Origin: Eledone cirrhosa
Taxonomy: Eukaryota
NCBI GenBank assembly: GCA_964016885.1
Contig: OZ024760.1
Span: 15,748,001-15,812,000 of the forward strand
Reading direction: 5' to 3'
DNA: 64,000 bases
The notes beneath the pieces were generated by a model. The model did no database searches, had not been told where the DNA came from, and saw only the letters and a list, made by a program, of their open reading frames with translations. Positions within the stretch are counted from its first letter, which is position 1; each line of letters starts with the position of its first letter. Of the stretch, positions 59,932-64,000 are shown in pieces. The translations under genes were made by a program, and so were the position numbers.

Positions 59932-61594
59932 CATTCTATTCCATTTATCGTTTTTGGTGTGCCCGGCCGACTAAACTCACTCGATATGCAAATTAGGCTG
60001 CTCAGCTATGCATAAGGAAAGTATATACTTTCAGACGTTCAACCATCTGGCAGGAAGGTATACGATGCTGACGATAGCTAATAAGCTTGAAACTAGTACA
60101 TCGTTCCTGTGTCAGTGTTGAACAAAAAGGTGACGTGGTTGCCTAAACACTGTACGGCGTAATTCGGGCTGTTTGTTTGTTTGTTTACAAACAAACCGAG
60201 CATTATAATAAATGTTCGGTAAACCGATACGTGCATATATATATGTGTGCATGTATGCATATATATACATACTACTGCACGTCTGTATACATATATGTAT
60301 GTACGTATACATACATACATAATTACATTTATATAAAGTATTGGAAGTTTTGCTATGCTGTCATTTTTTTCTTTTGAAGTAAGATTAATATATGACTTCA
60401 CTTTTTTCTCCCTGAATGCATATTTCTGTTAATTACTGTGAATTTATCAAATTTGCTTTGGTTTTTGCATTCATTATCGCTTCTTGTAATTTTATTTGAA
60501 AGTACTTGCGTGAACTTGTCTAGATAGGAGGAGAAAGTAAATTATTAAATTTTACAAGGAATCTAATAAAGCATAAGATATCTTGACAATTGAGTATGAT
60601 CTAATATCACCATGGTTATAAAAATAGCTTTCATTAAACTACGTTGACGCCATTAATATTTTCTGCTTTTCTAGAGAAAAAAAAAATGAAATGAAATAAA
60701 ATAAAATAAAAATGATTTTTTTAATTGTATACATCAAAATAAAAATTTCTCAATTTAATTATTTTAGGAGATTAATAGAAAGCCTCCATCATTATTTTAA
60801 ATTACTTAATTAATAATTCTTTTACAGAAACTTTATTCTCTAAAAGTCGTTCTAAATTCTGGTATTTGCGTGTTAGACTGTTTCGCTGAAGAGGCATCAA
60901 TAAGACCGGAACATGTTTGAAGTTGTCACCGCTGTATATCTTTATTGAATTTTTAGACCATCTAACTCGATGCTCTAACGGTTCTGTCAATAATTGTATT
61001 CTGAATAATTGTTTCTACTTTTGGCACAAGGCCAGCAAAATCCCAGTGTATTACTGGTACTTTATTTTATCGACCCCGTAAGGATGAAAGGCAAAGTCAA
61101 CCTCGGCGGGATTTGAACTCAGACCATAAAGGGCCGTAACTCTATGCTGCAATGGATGGCGTCCGACCCTCTACCAATACTGCCAATCCACCAATAATGT
61201 TTTCTGATTTAGGCACAAGGCCAACAATCCCACCAAGGTTAACTTTGCCTTTCATCCTTACGGGGGTCGATTAAATAAAGTACCAGTAATACGCTGGCGG
61301 TATAATTGCTGGCCTTGTGCCAAATATAGAAATAATTATTAGTATCTGTCATCTCCATCAACGTAGAAAATCAATTAAAATACGTGATTGTAAGGTGATG
61401 AGATCGATTCGCGATTACTTCGTTCTTTACACTACTGATCCCGTTGCTAGGCAACAGAGAATCATTGTCTATTTTATATCATTAAGTCGGGAAAGTCGTG
61501 AGACGAGAGTCTGTTGTTGTCGACATTTTATATCTTCAGGTCTAGTTTATGTCATAGTTTCACAAATATTGTCATGTTAGATAAATACCTGAAC

Positions 61595-61679
<85 letters not shown>

Positions 61680-61760
61680 ATCTAGCTTTCTTTCTCTACC
61701 CCCCCCTCTCTCCTACACACCATCCTCTCTCTCACTCTCTCCTACACCCCATCCAGTCTG

Positions 61761-61815
<55 letters not shown>

Positions 61816-61887
61816 GGCTTTCTTTCGCCCCCCCCCGCCCCACATCTCTCTCTCTCCTACACCCCATCCAGTCTGACCGTCTCTCTA

Positions 61888-61935
<48 letters not shown>

Positions 61936-62113
61936 TCTCCTACACCCCATCCAGTCTGCCACTCTCTCTGTCTCTCTCTCTCTGTCTCTCTCTCTCTCTG
62001 TCTCTGTCTCTGTCTCTGTCTCTTTCTCTCTATCTAGCTTTCTTTCGCCCCCTCTCTCCTACACCCCACCCAGTCTGACTCTCTCTCTCTCTCTCCTACA
62101 CCCCATCCAGTCT

Positions 62114-62148
<35 letters not shown>

Positions 62149-63309
62149 ACTACAACGATTATTATTATTACTACCACTACTACTACTACTACTACTACAT
62201 GTATATACACTCACACACATATACACACATGTCTCTCTCTCTCTCTCTGTATGTATGTATGTATGTATGTATGTACGTATGTATGTATGTACGTATGTAC
62301 GTACGTACGTATGTATGTATGTACGTATGCATGTACGTACCTATGTATGTAAGCATGTATGTCTGTATGTATATATACACACATTCGAACAGCGAGAATG
62401 ACACCAGCGACATTAACATATTTAGATATTTAGAGTAGTTTCGATGTGGAACCAGATTTAGAAGTAATAAACTGTAAGCGAATTAAAAACTCCTGCAATA
62501 TTATTGAATAGAGCAGACATTGAGAAAATGTAGACCGGAATAACAATAATAATAAGAACATTCGGTATGATAGGACAATATATAACGGCCATTTTATATG
62601 AACACAGCTGAAAGTCGGCTTCAAGTAATTTTACGAACACAATGGAATGAATTCTCGCGAGAAATTAGGTTGGGTTCTTCAAAGAGCCGCCGGCTTAAAA
62701 TAGATATAAAAAAGTACCGCAAGTTTTTATGATAATATTAAACAGCTAAATATAAAATTGTACTGTGAGTTTTATGATATTAAACATAAATATAAAATTG
62801 TATTGTGAGTTTTATGATTACATTAAACAGCTAAATATAAAACTGCATTGTGAGTTTTATGATAATATTAAACAGATAAATATAAAACTGTATTGTGAGA
62901 TTTATGATAATATTAAACAGCTATAATTAAAATAAATGAATTGTAGTTTTTTTTTGTTGATAATATTAAATGAACGAAAATATAAAAAACATAGTGTTTA
63001 ATTAGAAGATACAGCGACGCAAATGGATCGTTAATTGTTAAAAATAAGGATAACAAAGATGTCAGGTTGATACCATGGAATTCCAATATTTCGGGATAAA
63101 ATCTCTTTATCAAAAGCAGAGTTGAGGAAATTAATTATGAGAATGATTGATATCTTGTGTCGTTCTATTCAGGCATTTTTGAATCTCTTCGTAGCACATA
63201 CATGTTAAGTGTATGGAACTTTGTTTACGTTAAATAAGCTCTTTTCCAACAGACCGAGCACTCTTTTCCTTGATCGTTCATCTCTTTCATCGACGTATTT
63301 CTACCAACG

Positions 63310-63411
<102 letters not shown>

Positions 63412-63625
63412 TACGTGTGGCTGAGTGGTTAGAGAATTGGATTCGCAATCATAAGGTTGTGAGTTCGATTCCTGGACCATGCGATGCGTTATGTCCTTGG
63501 GCAAGACACTTTATTTCACGTTGCTCCTTCTACCTGGAGTTGCGACCGATAGATAGTATTAGCAATTGGAAAGACCAACGGAAACATTGTTCCCTCGGTC
63601 CGATTTGACGAAAGTCGATCGTTCC
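63412..63625 (+). mobile_element. tRNA-derived SINE family B (representative copy)
   Basis: gtggctgagtggttaga...gagttcgattcc...gtccttgggcaagacact. Copies near 24945, 25505-25722(-), 40186, 44630, 16280-16410(-), 18780-18900(-). Confidence 0.8.
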
Positions 63626-64000
63626 TTTATATATATATATAAAATTACAAAATATGAAGAAATAGACAAAATATATCTATTTTTTCTTCAAAGTCTCGAC
63701 TGCAGTTTCATCGATCCGTGTGTAACGTTTTGCACTATAAAAATGCATCAACGTTGTAAACCTGATACGGCTTATCAAGAGACTCCAGAGAAAAGGACTG
63801 TTTCTTTCGTAGCAAGAGAGAATATCTCGAGACGAGATATATATATTTATATATTCTTATATATATATAAATATTCTTCTTCTCTTATCTTATGACGCTA
63901 AACTCCACCAGTTGCAGACTGCACATTAACATGTGATATCTCTCCCACAAAGTTCGATCACCAGCAGCAGAGTTCAAAGAGCAAAGATCAAGTCCAGTCC

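Noticed and set aside
60802-60990. Possible second GIY-YIG remnant
   Set aside because: Similarity too weak to call by eye.
63412-63490. tRNA gene
   Set aside because: A/B boxes belong to a SINE head; no complete cloverleaf, and it continues into the SINE body.

Overview
AT-rich, microsatellite-dense eukaryotic genomic DNA. The SINE/MITE/microsatellite landscape resembles a coleoid cephalopod such as Octopus (inference, not verified). Three spliced genes were reconstructed by hand from GT-AG boundaries and codon phase. (1) Mitochondrial methionine aminopeptidase METAP1D-like, minus strand, 7 coding exons, 3039-10022, with an apparent 2-nt frameshift at the end of exon 4. (2) RBM8A/Y14, plus strand, 6 exons, 10894-16958, 188 aa, head-to-head with METAP1D and carrying an expanded RGD-repeat tail. 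(3) A CCAP/neuropeptide-S-receptor-type GPCR, minus strand, 9 exons, 32623-54395, 472 aa. The rest is tRNA-derived SINEs, TTAA piggyBac-type MITEs, remnants of Penelope, RTE, Vingi, CRE, R4 and Helitron elements, and tandem repeats. The most unusual signal is a set of short non-coding elements, mostly beside (TA)n/(TAA)n tracts, that carry hammerhead-ribozyme cores. These include minimal forms and a family with a ~60-nt extended stem II showing co-variation between copies. Several related elements form 50-110 bp fold-back palindromes. This suggests a Penelope-dependent, retrozyme-like system, with one intact-looking ribozyme in sense orientation inside a GPCR intron. Most ORFs in the supplied track are microsatellite artefacts.
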